From the NCBI GenBank assembly GCA_029261675.1, contig JAJDBA010000309.1, forward strand, positions 1-35,924: a DNA stretch of 35,924 nucleotides, written 5' to 3'. The position numbers and the translations under genes were made by a program. Below, one piece after another: positions 26,647-35,524 of this stretch. This DNA comes from Nitrospinaceae bacterium (GTDB lineage: Bacteria; Nitrospinota; Nitrospinia; Nitrospinales; VA-1). A model generated the notes under the pieces. It worked only from the letters and a program-made list of their open reading frames with translations. It made no database searches and had not been told where the DNA came from. The first letter of the stretch is position 1, and every line of letters begins with the position of its first letter.

Positions 26647-27969
26647 CTATTTCGAACGAATCATCCACAGAATTTTCTTTAACGAGGAACCTGTCGTGCT
26701 GGCACTTTTCGCTTCTTCTAAAGCTTTTTCCCAGTCTCCCAAGATCACCTGATCTCCAGGAACAAGGCCCGAAACGATTTGCACGTGAATAGGATTTCTT
26801 ATTCCGGTCTGAACCGCAATTTTCTCTGGCTTATCATCCTTCAAAACCATAGCGAATTTTCCATCCTCTCCATCACGAATGCCAGCTCGTGAAGTGAAAA
26901 CGGTATTTTCGACATGTTCGGTAACAATATCTATATTGGCAGACATCATGGGTTTTAAAATTTTACGTCCTTTACCAGTAACTTCAATTTTCACCTTAAA
27001 TATGGTTATGCTATTTTCTACTAAACCCTGCGGGGCAATGCGTTTGACACGTCCTTTAAATTTTCTATCCGAGAATGCGTCTGCCGTTATATCAACCTCA
27101 TGTCCTATTTTAATAGACCCTATATCTGTTTCATCAATATCGGCGATGATAAACAGACGCGACATATCAGCTATGGTAGCAAGAGCGGTTCCACCGCTCA
27201 CATTAGATATCCCGGATGCAATGATTTGGCCTTCCTCAACGAGTTTTTCAATAATCACGCCGGCTATCGGAGCAAAAATTTCTGTCTCCTCGAGCCTTTC
27301 CTCAACTTCATCTAAGGCTATTCTTGCACGTATTACTTCGGTGTTCACCAGTTCAACTTCGTTCTCTTTCATTGTGATATCGTGAACGGAATCTTTTGCT
27401 GCCTGCAATTGCGATTCTGCCTGGATTAAATTTTGCTGATTGACCTTGAAGAGAGTTTGCGCTGAATCCAACGACTCTTGCGACACCACTTTTTGCTTGA
27501 ACAGATCGATCTGTCTTTTAAGCTTGTCTTCACTATCCTTGAGGTTGGTTATAGCGGATTGAACTTCAGCCTGTGACGTTTTCAGATCTGTTTCGTATTT
27601 GGTTTTTTGCAGGATCAGAGCCGTTTCGGCTTTTTTCAGATTTGCTGTCGCACTGGAGAGGTCGGCTTGCGCCTTATCAACATTTCTTTTTTCATCAGAT
27701 TTATCTAATTGTAAAAGGAGGGTGCCTTTTTTAATCTTATCGCCCTCAAGCAGGGGAAAAGATAGGACTTCACCACTGGCCTTGGACTTCACTTCTACCT
27801 TGAAATTTGGCTCTACGATCCCTGTGGCAGAGATGTTGACGGATATTGGTCCTTGAGTTACTTCAGCAAGCTTAAATACGGGTTTTGCGGGGGGCTCTAA
27901 TTCACTATCCGATAAATAAAACACGGCAATAAGAATCAACACCCCGATTAGAATCAGGGCTTTTTTCAT
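26647..27969 (-). CDS. Periplasmic adaptor / membrane fusion protein (MacA-like)
   Basis: N-terminal anchor, lipoyl halves (VEVKSKASGEV; IFAPIAGVI), long coiled-coil hairpin, IDETDIG. Confidence 0.92.
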   Translation of the reverse strand: MKKALILIGVLILIAVFYLSDSELEPPAKPVFKLAEVTQGPISVNISATGIVEPNFKVEVKSKASGEVLSFPLLEGDKIKKGTLLLQLDKSDEKRNVDKAQADLSSATANLKKAETALILQKTKYETDLKTSQAEVQSAITNLKDSEDKLKRQIDLFKQKVVSQESLDSAQTLFKVNQQNLIQAESQLQAAKDSVHDITMKENEVELVNTEVIRARIALDEVEERLEETEIFAPIAGVIIEKLVEEGQIIASGISNVSGGTALATIADMSRLFIIADIDETDIGSIKIGHEVDITADAFSDRKFKGRVKRIAPQGLVENSITIFKVKIEVTGKGRKILKPMMSANIDIVTEHVENTVFTSRAGIRDGEDGKFAMVLKDDKPEKIAVQTGIRNPIHVQIVSGLVPGDQVILGDWEKALEEAKSASTTGSSLKKILWMIRSK

Positions 27970-29546
27970 GTTTCATCGCCTTCAGTCAATTGAATATTGT
28001 TGTCAGTAAGAGTTTGCGCCTTGACCTGACGCAATCGGTTTTTGGACTTTTTGTAATCTATAGTTGCTTTGATTTCGTTGCTCTGTTCTTCTGCTAGGTC
28101 TTCCTGAAACTCCAGCACATTGAAGCTGGTCGACAAACCAACTTCAAACTTTTTCTCTTCTGCACTGAGTTTCTCTTCAGCGAACTTTCTAGCTATTCGA
28201 GCAGCATGAACTCGTTTTATATCCGTTTTAATTTGTCGATAGGCTTCACGGACCTCTACGGTAATCGTTCTTTCCAGATCTTTTATGTCCAGCAATAACT
28301 GAGCGACCTCAAGTCTTTTTGCAGTCAGTTTGCTTTTTGCGGCACGGTTGCCAAGAGGGTAGCTCAAGTTCAATCCAAACTGCCAAAGATGATATTTACC
28401 TGTAGTGAGCTCGCTGAGGGATTTGTCATATCCTCCACCAAACTTACTGAGTCCCTGAACAGTACCGCTGGTGATATTTATGGCCTCACCGCTGATGCCA
28501 TTGAGCCCCAAGCTGCTAACGAGATCGAGTGTGGGGTATAGCTGGTTTTCATTGTATTTAACTTCAATGTTGCGATTATCAAGTTCCTTCTTTTTACCCA
28601 ACAGATCAGGCCTTTGGCTTAAAGCTGCCTGTAGTGCCTCATCGAGAGTTCCTTCCATCCCAGGGTCAAATAAGGGTGCATCAGTAGGGCGAATACCTTT
28701 TTGGCCACGCTCAGAGTCAAAAGTGTAATTGAGGATGTTTTTCAAGTTATCTTCATTATCAAGAATAAGATCTTGCGCGCTTAAGAGCAACTGATCGCGA
28801 GATGCAACTTCTGATTGTGCTTGCAAAACCTCTAATGGAGCCATGGTGCCAACATCAACCTGAGCTTTAACCTGCTTTTCCAGATCTTGTGCCCGTTCCA
28901 GCGATTTTTTCTTTACCTTTAGATCCTCAATACTGAAAACCAGATCCCAGTAAATGTTCTCAGCTTCGGTAATCACATCAATGACAGAACTTTTAAACTC
29001 ATAGTCCGATATCTTCTGATTGTTTTTAGCGATATAAATTTCACGCTTGTTATTATCAATCCCAAAATCTTTTAACAGGGGCTGGGTTAGCGTCAAGTTC
29101 ACATCTGAGGTGTATTGCGGGTTGAGTCCCACAAAGGTTGAGTTGGTCAAACTTCTGTTGGTATCGAAACTCAACTCATAATCTCCCCCTGTCACAAATT
29201 TTTGTGCGATAGAAAAGTCCCAGTCATAATCCTGATTTCTACTTTTAGTGGGGTTCGCAAAAGCACCTGCAGCCTGACGCGTTTCCTCGCCTACGGCTAA
29301 TTCAAAATCAAAGGTGGCATCGAAATCCGCTTCTTTTTCAAAAATAGATTGTTCAACAATTTTCGAATTGTATTTTTGAACCGCAATACTCAAATTATTT
29401 TTTAATGTGTCTGCAATCGCTTCTTTCAGAGTCAAAGAAACAGGAAGAGGGGATATAGAAATTTCCTCGGCAATAACCTTTTGCGGTGCTAGAAATAAGG
29501 CGGTAAAAGTAACGCCACAGATTATAATTTTGCTGATAAAACCCAT
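27966..29546 (-). CDS. TolC-family outer membrane efflux protein
   Basis: Signal peptide, LTLKEAI...NN, LTQPLL, YWDLV, PTLDL and the KFEVGLSTSFNVL repeat pattern; first gene of the exporter operon. Confidence 0.92.
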   Translation of the reverse strand: MGFISKIIICGVTFTALFLAPQKVIAEEISISPLPVSLTLKEAIADTLKNNLSIAVQKYNSKIVEQSIFEKEADFDATFDFELAVGEETRQAAGAFANPTKSRNQDYDWDFSIAQKFVTGGDYELSFDTNRSLTNSTFVGLNPQYTSDVNLTLTQPLLKDFGIDNNKREIYIAKNNQKISDYEFKSSVIDVITEAENIYWDLVFSIEDLKVKKKSLERAQDLEKQVKAQVDVGTMAPLEVLQAQSEVASRDQLLLSAQDLILDNEDNLKNILNYTFDSERGQKGIRPTDAPLFDPGMEGTLDEALQAALSQRPDLLGKKKELDNRNIEVKYNENQLYPTLDLVSSLGLNGISGEAINITSGTVQGLSKFGGGYDKSLSELTTGKYHLWQFGLNLSYPLGNRAAKSKLTAKRLEVAQLLLDIKDLERTITVEVREAYRQIKTDIKRVHAARIARKFAEEKLSAEEKKFEVGLSTSFNVLEFQEDLAEEQSNEIKATIDYKKSKNRLRQVKAQTLTDNNIQLTEGDET

Positions 29547-29957
29547 ATTTTTTTGAACTCCAAACCTTAAATAAGTAGAGATATACCCATTATATTTACC
29601 GGACTCACTAATTGATATGACAAACGCAAGCTGGGTTGTTAAAATTTTCCCTTTATAATTGAGCTTTGCGCAAATAAATAGTTGATTTTTATGTTATTTA
29701 TCGGATTTTTAGGGCTTTTTCTTGAATATCTTTTGAAAAACCATTTTACGACTACCCCTTAGAAATATTTCCCAACAAATCTATATATAGGATAAGATAA
29801 TATATTTTAAATTAATAAATAAAACAATAATTTAAAAATTAGCGTAACCTCGTTTCGATAGGGGCAATTTACATTTACTGTGGTATATCGAGCGGAAATG
29901 CTATATAGTTAATTATCGATTAGGAACGATTATTTCACTCAAAGGTCAGGACGGACC

Positions 29958-30587
29958 ATGTCAAGAATCACTGCAGCTGATATTTTAAAGGTAGTGCCCA
30001 TAACCCGGAAGACACTATGGTTGTGGCAAAAAAAATACCGCTTTTTCCCAGATCCGCAAAAAGAAGGCCATCCTGGCGGCAAAGGTATCGTGGGCTATTA
30101 TCCCGCCTGGGTAGAGGAACGGTGCAAGCAGGTTTATGCCTTACAAAAAAAGGGCTACACCATTGCGATGATCCAGGAGATTTTAGAGAAAGAGAAAAAA
30201 GATAAGTCGACTCGAAAAGTATTGGTGGTCGATGATGAAGTTAAATTTTGCGATCTTCTAAAAAAGATTTTCCAGAAAAACAATTTTCTTGTTGAGACCG
30301 CGTACGATGGATGGGAAGCGGGAAAAAAAGCGGCAGAGTTTCAGCCCACCATTATGATTTTAGATATTACCTTGCCCGGCATCAATGGATTGCAGGTTTG
30401 CAAAAACTTGCGGGCAGATCCTAAAACGGAAAATATAAAAATTATCAGCATATCTGGAGATTTACGTTACTCCGAAGCTGAGGTTCTCGAAGCAGGGGCC
30501 AATTCATTTTTCACCAAGCCTGTTAACTTCGAAATTTTGCTTTCTTTATGTAATGACTTTGTGACCCTCCCAGAATCGCAAACATAA
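29958..30587 (+). CDS. Response regulator with N-terminal MerR-like HTH and C-terminal receiver domain
   Basis: HTH-like ITRKTLWLWQKK...GYY...GYTIAMIQEIL. The receiver has VLVVDDE, phospho-Asp ILDITLPG, ISG and TKP. AGGA RBS. Confidence 0.87.
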   Translation: MSRITAADILKVVPITRKTLWLWQKKYRFFPDPQKEGHPGGKGIVGYYPAWVEERCKQVYALQKKGYTIAMIQEILEKEKKDKSTRKVLVVDDEVKFCDLLKKIFQKNNFLVETAYDGWEAGKKAAEFQPTIMILDITLPGINGLQVCKNLRADPKTENIKIISISGDLRYSEAEVLEAGANSFFTKPVNFEILLSLCNDFVTLPESQT

Positions 30588-30701
30588 CCCCTGTATTTCA
30601 ACCTGATGGCATTTGCTGGCAGTCTGCCTTTTTCAATTCGCAAATAGAAAAGGGTTATGCTATAAGCATGATCACGTTTTTTTAGCAGAAATGGTTTATT
30701 T

Positions 30702-31520
30702 ATGACTACAGATATTAAAGAGCTGGAAAATTCCGCATTAGAGCTCAGGCGTCTGGCCCTGAAAATCATTTTTCAGGCGGGATCAGGGCACCCAGGTGGC
30801 AGCTTGTCGGCAACCGACTTGATGACCGCTTTGTTCTTCGGTGGAATCCTTCGATACGACTCCAGCAATCCAAAAGACCCCAAACGCGACCGTTTTTTAT
30901 TGAGCAAAGGCCATGCTTCCGGGATTCATTATTCCGTTCTTGCAAGGGCAGGATTCATTGAAGTGTCCGACCTCGATGACTATAGAAAAATTAACAGCAA
31001 ACGATTTCTTTCTGGCCATTGCCACCCTAAAACTCCAGGTGTTGAAATTGCCTCAGGTAGCTTAGGACAAGGGTTGAGTGTCGCTCACGGGATAGCATTA
31101 GGAACCCGACTGCAAGGCTTTGACTCCAAAACTTATGTCATCTTAGGGGATGGTGAGATACAAGAAGGACAGATTTGGGAAGCGGCAATGTCAGCATCGA
31201 AGTTTAAAAGCAATAACCTCATTGCGATTGTCGACTTTAATAAAGTAGCGCAAGACAATATCACCAAAGACCTTAAAGATATCGAGCCGATTGAAGCCAA
31301 ATGGGAATCATTCGGTTGGGATGTCCACCGTATCGACGGTCATAAAATGGATGAGATAATGAAGGTCTTGCAATTACCTGCACATCCAGACAAACCAAGG
31401 GTTATCATAGCCGACACCATCAAAGGTAAAGGTGTCAGCTTTATGGAAGGACAAACCGCCTGGCATGGTGTAGCGCCTTCTAAAGAAGATTATGAAAAAG
31501 CTTTAAAGGAATTGGAGTAA
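30702..31520 (+). CDS. Transketolase N-terminal (TPP-binding) subunit
   Basis: SGHPGGSLS, DRFLLSKGHA, GSLGQGLS, TPP motif GDGEIQEG...N, TIKGKG. Confidence 0.95.
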   Translation: MTTDIKELENSALELRRLALKIIFQAGSGHPGGSLSATDLMTALFFGGILRYDSSNPKDPKRDRFLLSKGHASGIHYSVLARAGFIEVSDLDDYRKINSKRFLSGHCHPKTPGVEIASGSLGQGLSVAHGIALGTRLQGFDSKTYVILGDGEIQEGQIWEAAMSASKFKSNNLIAIVDFNKVAQDNITKDLKDIEPIEAKWESFGWDVHRIDGHKMDEIMKVLQLPAHPDKPRVIIADTIKGKGVSFMEGQTAWHGVAPSKEDYEKALKELE

Positions 31521-31522
31521 GA

Positions 31523-32458
31523 ATGAAAGACGCAGCAACACGCGATGCCTACGGCCAAACTTTGGTAGATATCGGGGCTAATACCGATATCGTTGTTCTC
31601 GATTCAGGAGTCAGTGACAGTACGCGGACGAAAAAATTTGGGCAGGCGTTCCCGGATCGGTTCTTTAATATGGGGATCGCTGAAGCCGATATGGTCTGTA
31701 CCGCGGCGGGACTGGCAACCACAGGCAAAATTCCTTTTGCCACAAGCTTCTCTTGTTTTCTACTTGGCAGAACGATGGATCAAGTTCTTGTCAGTTTGGC
31801 TTATTCGAACACCAATGTGACATTAGCAGGCACCCATTGTGGTCTTGCGGTGGGTGAAGATGGCCCAAGCGCGCAAATGATCGTCGATATCGCCTATACC
31901 CGCGCTATTCCTAATATGATTGTTATCCAACCTGCGGATTGGGAAGAAACCGTTCAAGCCACCAAAGCACTTGTAGACTACAAAGGCCCCGCATATTTTC
32001 GTTTGGGACGACCCAAAGTTAAAGGCATCTTCGATTCTTCCTATAAGTTTGAAATTGGCAAGGGCAGGGTCGTGAAAGAAGGTAGCGATCTGGTTATTTT
32101 TGCTACAGGAACCATGGTTCAAGAGAGCCTCGTAGCCATGGAGCAACTGGCAAATGAAAATATCAATGTGACCCTGGTCAATATATCGACCTTAAAACCC
32201 ATCGATCGTGAAATTGTAGTGGATCAAACTCGCAAACATGGCGCATTGATCACCGCAGAAGATCATAATATTATCGGCGGCCTTGGTGATGCCGTTGGTG
32301 AAGTTTTGCTCGACAATCAAATCGCCGTTCCGTTCACACGAGTGGCCGTTAAAGACCAGTTCGCTGAGACCGGAACCGGACCCCAGTTATATGAAAAGTA
32401 TGGATTGTCCCACAACCATATTGTCAAAGCCGTAAAAGACACCCTTAATAAGAAGTAG
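31523..32458 (+). CDS. Transketolase C-terminal subunit
   Basis: ATRDAYG, RFFNMGIAE, GEDGPS, GPAYFRLGR, EDHNIIGGLG; 2 nt after the N-terminal subunit. Confidence 0.95.
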   Translation: MKDAATRDAYGQTLVDIGANTDIVVLDSGVSDSTRTKKFGQAFPDRFFNMGIAEADMVCTAAGLATTGKIPFATSFSCFLLGRTMDQVLVSLAYSNTNVTLAGTHCGLAVGEDGPSAQMIVDIAYTRAIPNMIVIQPADWEETVQATKALVDYKGPAYFRLGRPKVKGIFDSSYKFEIGKGRVVKEGSDLVIFATGTMVQESLVAMEQLANENINVTLVNISTLKPIDREIVVDQTRKHGALITAEDHNIIGGLGDAVGEVLLDNQIAVPFTRVAVKDQFAETGTGPQLYEKYGLSHNHIVKAVKDTLNKK

Positions 32459-32526
32459 TCCCAAATATATAGGGTAGAACCCATCTAAAGGCTGTATTCA
32501 GCCCCCTAAATCAAGCTCCAATTCCT

Positions 32527-32554
32527 AGTTGACATAATATATGTTATAGGAACC
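32527..32554 (-). other. dif: XerCD recombination site (dif)
   Basis: The minus strand reads GGTTCCTATAA-CATATA-TTATGTCAACT. It has the 11-6-11 layout with XerC-like and XerD-like arms (compare E. coli GGTGCGCATAA TGTATA TTATGTTAAAT and B. subtilis ACTTCCTAGAA TATATA TTATGTAAACT). It is intergenic, and KOPS-like motifs converge on it. Confidence 0.88.
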
Positions 32555-32672
32555 AAACAATTGCGCGATACCTTGGTTAAGACGGTCCTAGAAATATAAA
32601 TTTCGGGGCAAGAAAAATTAATGTGATGTTAAGATGTTTTAGTCAAAAAAATATTGAATGGAGTGCCAAACA

Positions 32673-33509
32673 ATGGCTAAAGGAACAAAGAAAGACTGCT
32701 TTATTATCATGCCTATTTCAGATCCTGATGGGTATCCTGAAGGTCATTTTGGTCATGTTTATGAAGATATTATAAAACCCTCATGCGAACTTTCTAATTA
32801 CAATCCAGTTCGCGCTGATGACGTTAAAGAAACGAATCTCATCCATCTAGATATACTCAAAAAATTAATAGAAGCCCCACTAGCAGTTTGCGACTTAAGT
32901 AATCGAAACCCAAATGTTTTATTTGAATTGGGTATTAGACAAGCTTTCGATAAACCAGTAGTACTTATCCAAGAAAAGGGTACTCCTAAAATTTTTGATA
33001 TAACACCTCTTAGAGTATTAGATTATCCAAAAGAGATGAAGTATCATGAAGTTCTGTCAATTCAGAAAGAACTTAAAGCTTCAATAGAAGCTACGGCAAG
33101 TGCAGAAAGTGATTCAACTAATATTAACTCAATAGTTAAGCTTCTTGCTCTAAGCTCACCCGCTCAAATCCCTGATCTAGAAAGTAATAAAGAAAGCATG
33201 GCTCTCGAATATCTCCAGGCAGAAATGAGAGATATGCGCAAAATGCTTGAAGCATCAATGCTGGAAGGTCGAAACCCTAATGGGAAAGGGGCTATAACTG
33301 CCATTGAATATGAAAGAATATCAAATGAAATTGAGAAACTGAACAGTAAAGTACTCCGCAGAAAAATGTCAGCAGACGAAAGGTTTTCGTCCATGCGTTC
33401 ACTTATGCGTGAAACAGAAGAGCTCATTCAAAATTGTGATGACAAGTCAGATCATATGCATTTTCGACGTCTTATGGAACGCATACACCGAGCACTATCA
33501 GAGATTTAA
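32673..33509 (+). CDS. Nucleoside 2-deoxyribosyltransferase-like / TIR-like Rossmannoid domain protein with helical C-terminus
   Basis: CFIIMP, VRADD, AVCDLSNRNPNVLFELG and FDI motifs. ATG 32673 is preferred over 32658 because of a GGAG at 32660-32663. Confidence 0.8.
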   Translation: MAKGTKKDCFIIMPISDPDGYPEGHFGHVYEDIIKPSCELSNYNPVRADDVKETNLIHLDILKKLIEAPLAVCDLSNRNPNVLFELGIRQAFDKPVVLIQEKGTPKIFDITPLRVLDYPKEMKYHEVLSIQKELKASIEATASAESDSTNINSIVKLLALSSPAQIPDLESNKESMALEYLQAEMRDMRKMLEASMLEGRNPNGKGAITAIEYERISNEIEKLNSKVLRRKMSADERFSSMRSLMRETEELIQNCDDKSDHMHFRRLMERIHRALSEI

Positions 33510-33573
33510 AATAGTAAGGCAATTCTCCTTTGCTATTGGAATTTTGATATGATCACTTCAGCCAATGATTCAA

Positions 33574-33589
33574 AAACCCGAGCGGGTTT
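33574..33589 (+). terminator. Short hairpin, possible terminator after the NDT-like gene
   Basis: AAACCC-GAGC-GGGTTT followed by GATTT; the U-tract is weak. Confidence 0.35.
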
Positions 33590-33625
33590 GATTTCCCGAT
33601 AACTCCATTTTCCTTATCAAGTAAT

Positions 33626-35515
33626 ATGTGCGGCATAGCGGGTCTTCTCGATTTTGATGAAAATAGCCAACCTGGGAGTTCGGGTAAAATTCTCCGGTTA
33701 ATGCTGGATAGCATCCGGCATCGTGGCCCTGATGATCGTGGAGAAGAACTTATATCCAGTGAAGACGGCCCGACTCTCCATTTAGGTCATCAGAGATTCT
33801 CCATCATTGATCTTAGTCCCGGTGGCCATCAACCGATGCCCAACGACGACCAATCTCTCTGGCTTTCTACCAACAGCGAAATATATAACTACAGAGAACT
33901 GCGCGAAGAATTATCTGACAATTTCCGTTTTAATTCGCAATCAGACACGGAGGTTCTTTTAAAATCTTACGAACACTGGGGCCTGGATTGTCTGCAAAAA
34001 CTCCGAGGCATGTTTGCGTTTGCTGTATGGGATTCCAAAAAACAATCGCTGATTCTAGTGCGTGATCGACTGGGCATAAAACCTCTCTATTATCTATCCA
34101 CTGAAAAACAGTTTTTATTCGCTTCTGAAGTACGCGCCCTACTCGCTTCGGGATTATCGGATTCTGAAATAAACCCTACTGGACTCTATCATTACCTTTC
34201 ATTCGGGCATTTGAAATCCCCAAGCACCCTAATCGGCAATATTCAGGAACTCAAACCGGGTCATTATCTCATTGTTGACCGAGAAGGTAACTTTGAGGAA
34301 ACACGCTATTGGCATCCCTTGAATTCTTTGGAAGTGATTGAAAATGACGGTGAATCCATTCAGAACATCCTTCAGGATGCTGTAAGGTTCAGACAAGTCA
34401 GCGATGTTCCTATCGGTGCTTTTTTAAGTGGTGGCATTGATTCAAGCGCCATCGTTTCTCATATGGCGAGCATTTCAGACGAGCCGATAAACACACTCAC
34501 TATTGGGTTCAAAGAAAAAGAGTTTGATGAGTCTGAGCACTCAGCAGAAATATCGCGTTTGTTTAAAACGAAGCATCAGTTACTCACTTTAGATGAAGAA
34601 CAGTTGTTGGATGCCCTGCCCGCGGCAATCGGCGCCATGGATCAACCGACAATGGATGGGATTAATACGTTTCTTATTTCCCGTGCGGCTCAGGAAGCGG
34701 GATTGAAAGTGGTGTTGAGCGGATTGGGCGGCGACGAATTATTTGGTGGCTACCCCTCTTTCCGTCTTCTTCCGGAATTGCGTGCTCGGAAGACAATGGT
34801 AAAACAGTTGCCCAATTTTTTATTGCGGCTAGCTACTGGGATATTAAAAAAATCTTTTCCGTCTGATCAAAACAATAAAATCAAGCATTGGACAGAAGGA
34901 AAATTTAGCGGAGTGCATGAGTACTATTTGCTACGAGCTCTTTATTGCGAAGATCAAATTTTTGAATTGTTTGTTGACCCGACTTTGGCAGAAAAAGAAA
35001 TTCAAAAAGATTTCGAAGCGACCAGCGAATCGCTCAGTTATGAAAATCTCGATGGCGATTTTAATTTGATCTCTTATTTGGAAACCACTCATTATTTGCA
35101 GAACATGCTTCTTAGAGATACCGACATGATGAGTATGTCGCATCCATTAGAGGTGCGAGTGCCTTTCATGGATCATAAACTCGTTGAGCATATGTTCAGC
35201 ATGCCAACTCATCTTAAAAAGTTGTCTAAAACCCCCAAAGCTCTGCTGGTGGATTCGATGAAGCCTGCCCTACCCGATTCGATTGTGCACCGTAAAAAAA
35301 TGGGCTTCACACTACCCTTCGAACCCTGGATGCGCGGCGCAATGAAATCGGAAATGGAATCCGTTTTACTTTCTACTGTGCAGCCACTGCAAGATTTGAT
35401 TTCACAGGCGACGGTGGAGAGTATTTGGAAACAGTTTTTAGCAGGAAAAATATCATGGTCACGCCCTTGGGCTTTATATGTGCTCAAGCGATGGGTCGAT
35501 AAAAATCTTTCGTAA
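33626..35515 (+). CDS. asnB: Asparagine synthase (glutamine-hydrolysing) family amidotransferase
   Basis: N-terminal MCGI, HRGPDD, RDRLGIKPLY, LSGGIDSS, SGLGGDELFGGY, EVRVPF, KMGFTLP. Confidence 0.93.
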   Translation: MCGIAGLLDFDENSQPGSSGKILRLMLDSIRHRGPDDRGEELISSEDGPTLHLGHQRFSIIDLSPGGHQPMPNDDQSLWLSTNSEIYNYRELREELSDNFRFNSQSDTEVLLKSYEHWGLDCLQKLRGMFAFAVWDSKKQSLILVRDRLGIKPLYYLSTEKQFLFASEVRALLASGLSDSEINPTGLYHYLSFGHLKSPSTLIGNIQELKPGHYLIVDREGNFEETRYWHPLNSLEVIENDGESIQNILQDAVRFRQVSDVPIGAFLSGGIDSSAIVSHMASISDEPINTLTIGFKEKEFDESEHSAEISRLFKTKHQLLTLDEEQLLDALPAAIGAMDQPTMDGINTFLISRAAQEAGLKVVLSGLGGDELFGGYPSFRLLPELRARKTMVKQLPNFLLRLATGILKKSFPSDQNNKIKHWTEGKFSGVHEYYLLRALYCEDQIFELFVDPTLAEKEIQKDFEATSESLSYENLDGDFNLISYLETTHYLQNMLLRDTDMMSMSHPLEVRVPFMDHKLVEHMFSMPTHLKKLSKTPKALLVDSMKPALPDSIVHRKKMGFTLPFEPWMRGAMKSEMESVLLSTVQPLQDLISQATVESIWKQFLAGKISWSRPWALYVLKRWVDKNLS

Positions 35516-35524
35516 GGAATTATT

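Noticed and set aside
30702-32458. Split transketolase as a frameshifted pseudogene
   Set aside because: Two-subunit transketolases are a well-known form, and the second gene has its own GGAG RBS and ATG.
32529-32534. TTGACA as a -35 box for the NDT-like gene
   Set aside because: There is no -10 box at 16-18 nt spacing. The hexamer is part of the XerD arm of dif.
32459-33625. Integron cassette or paired pdif module around the NDT-like gene
   Set aside because: I found no attC-like inverted core, no second dif-like site and no integrase.
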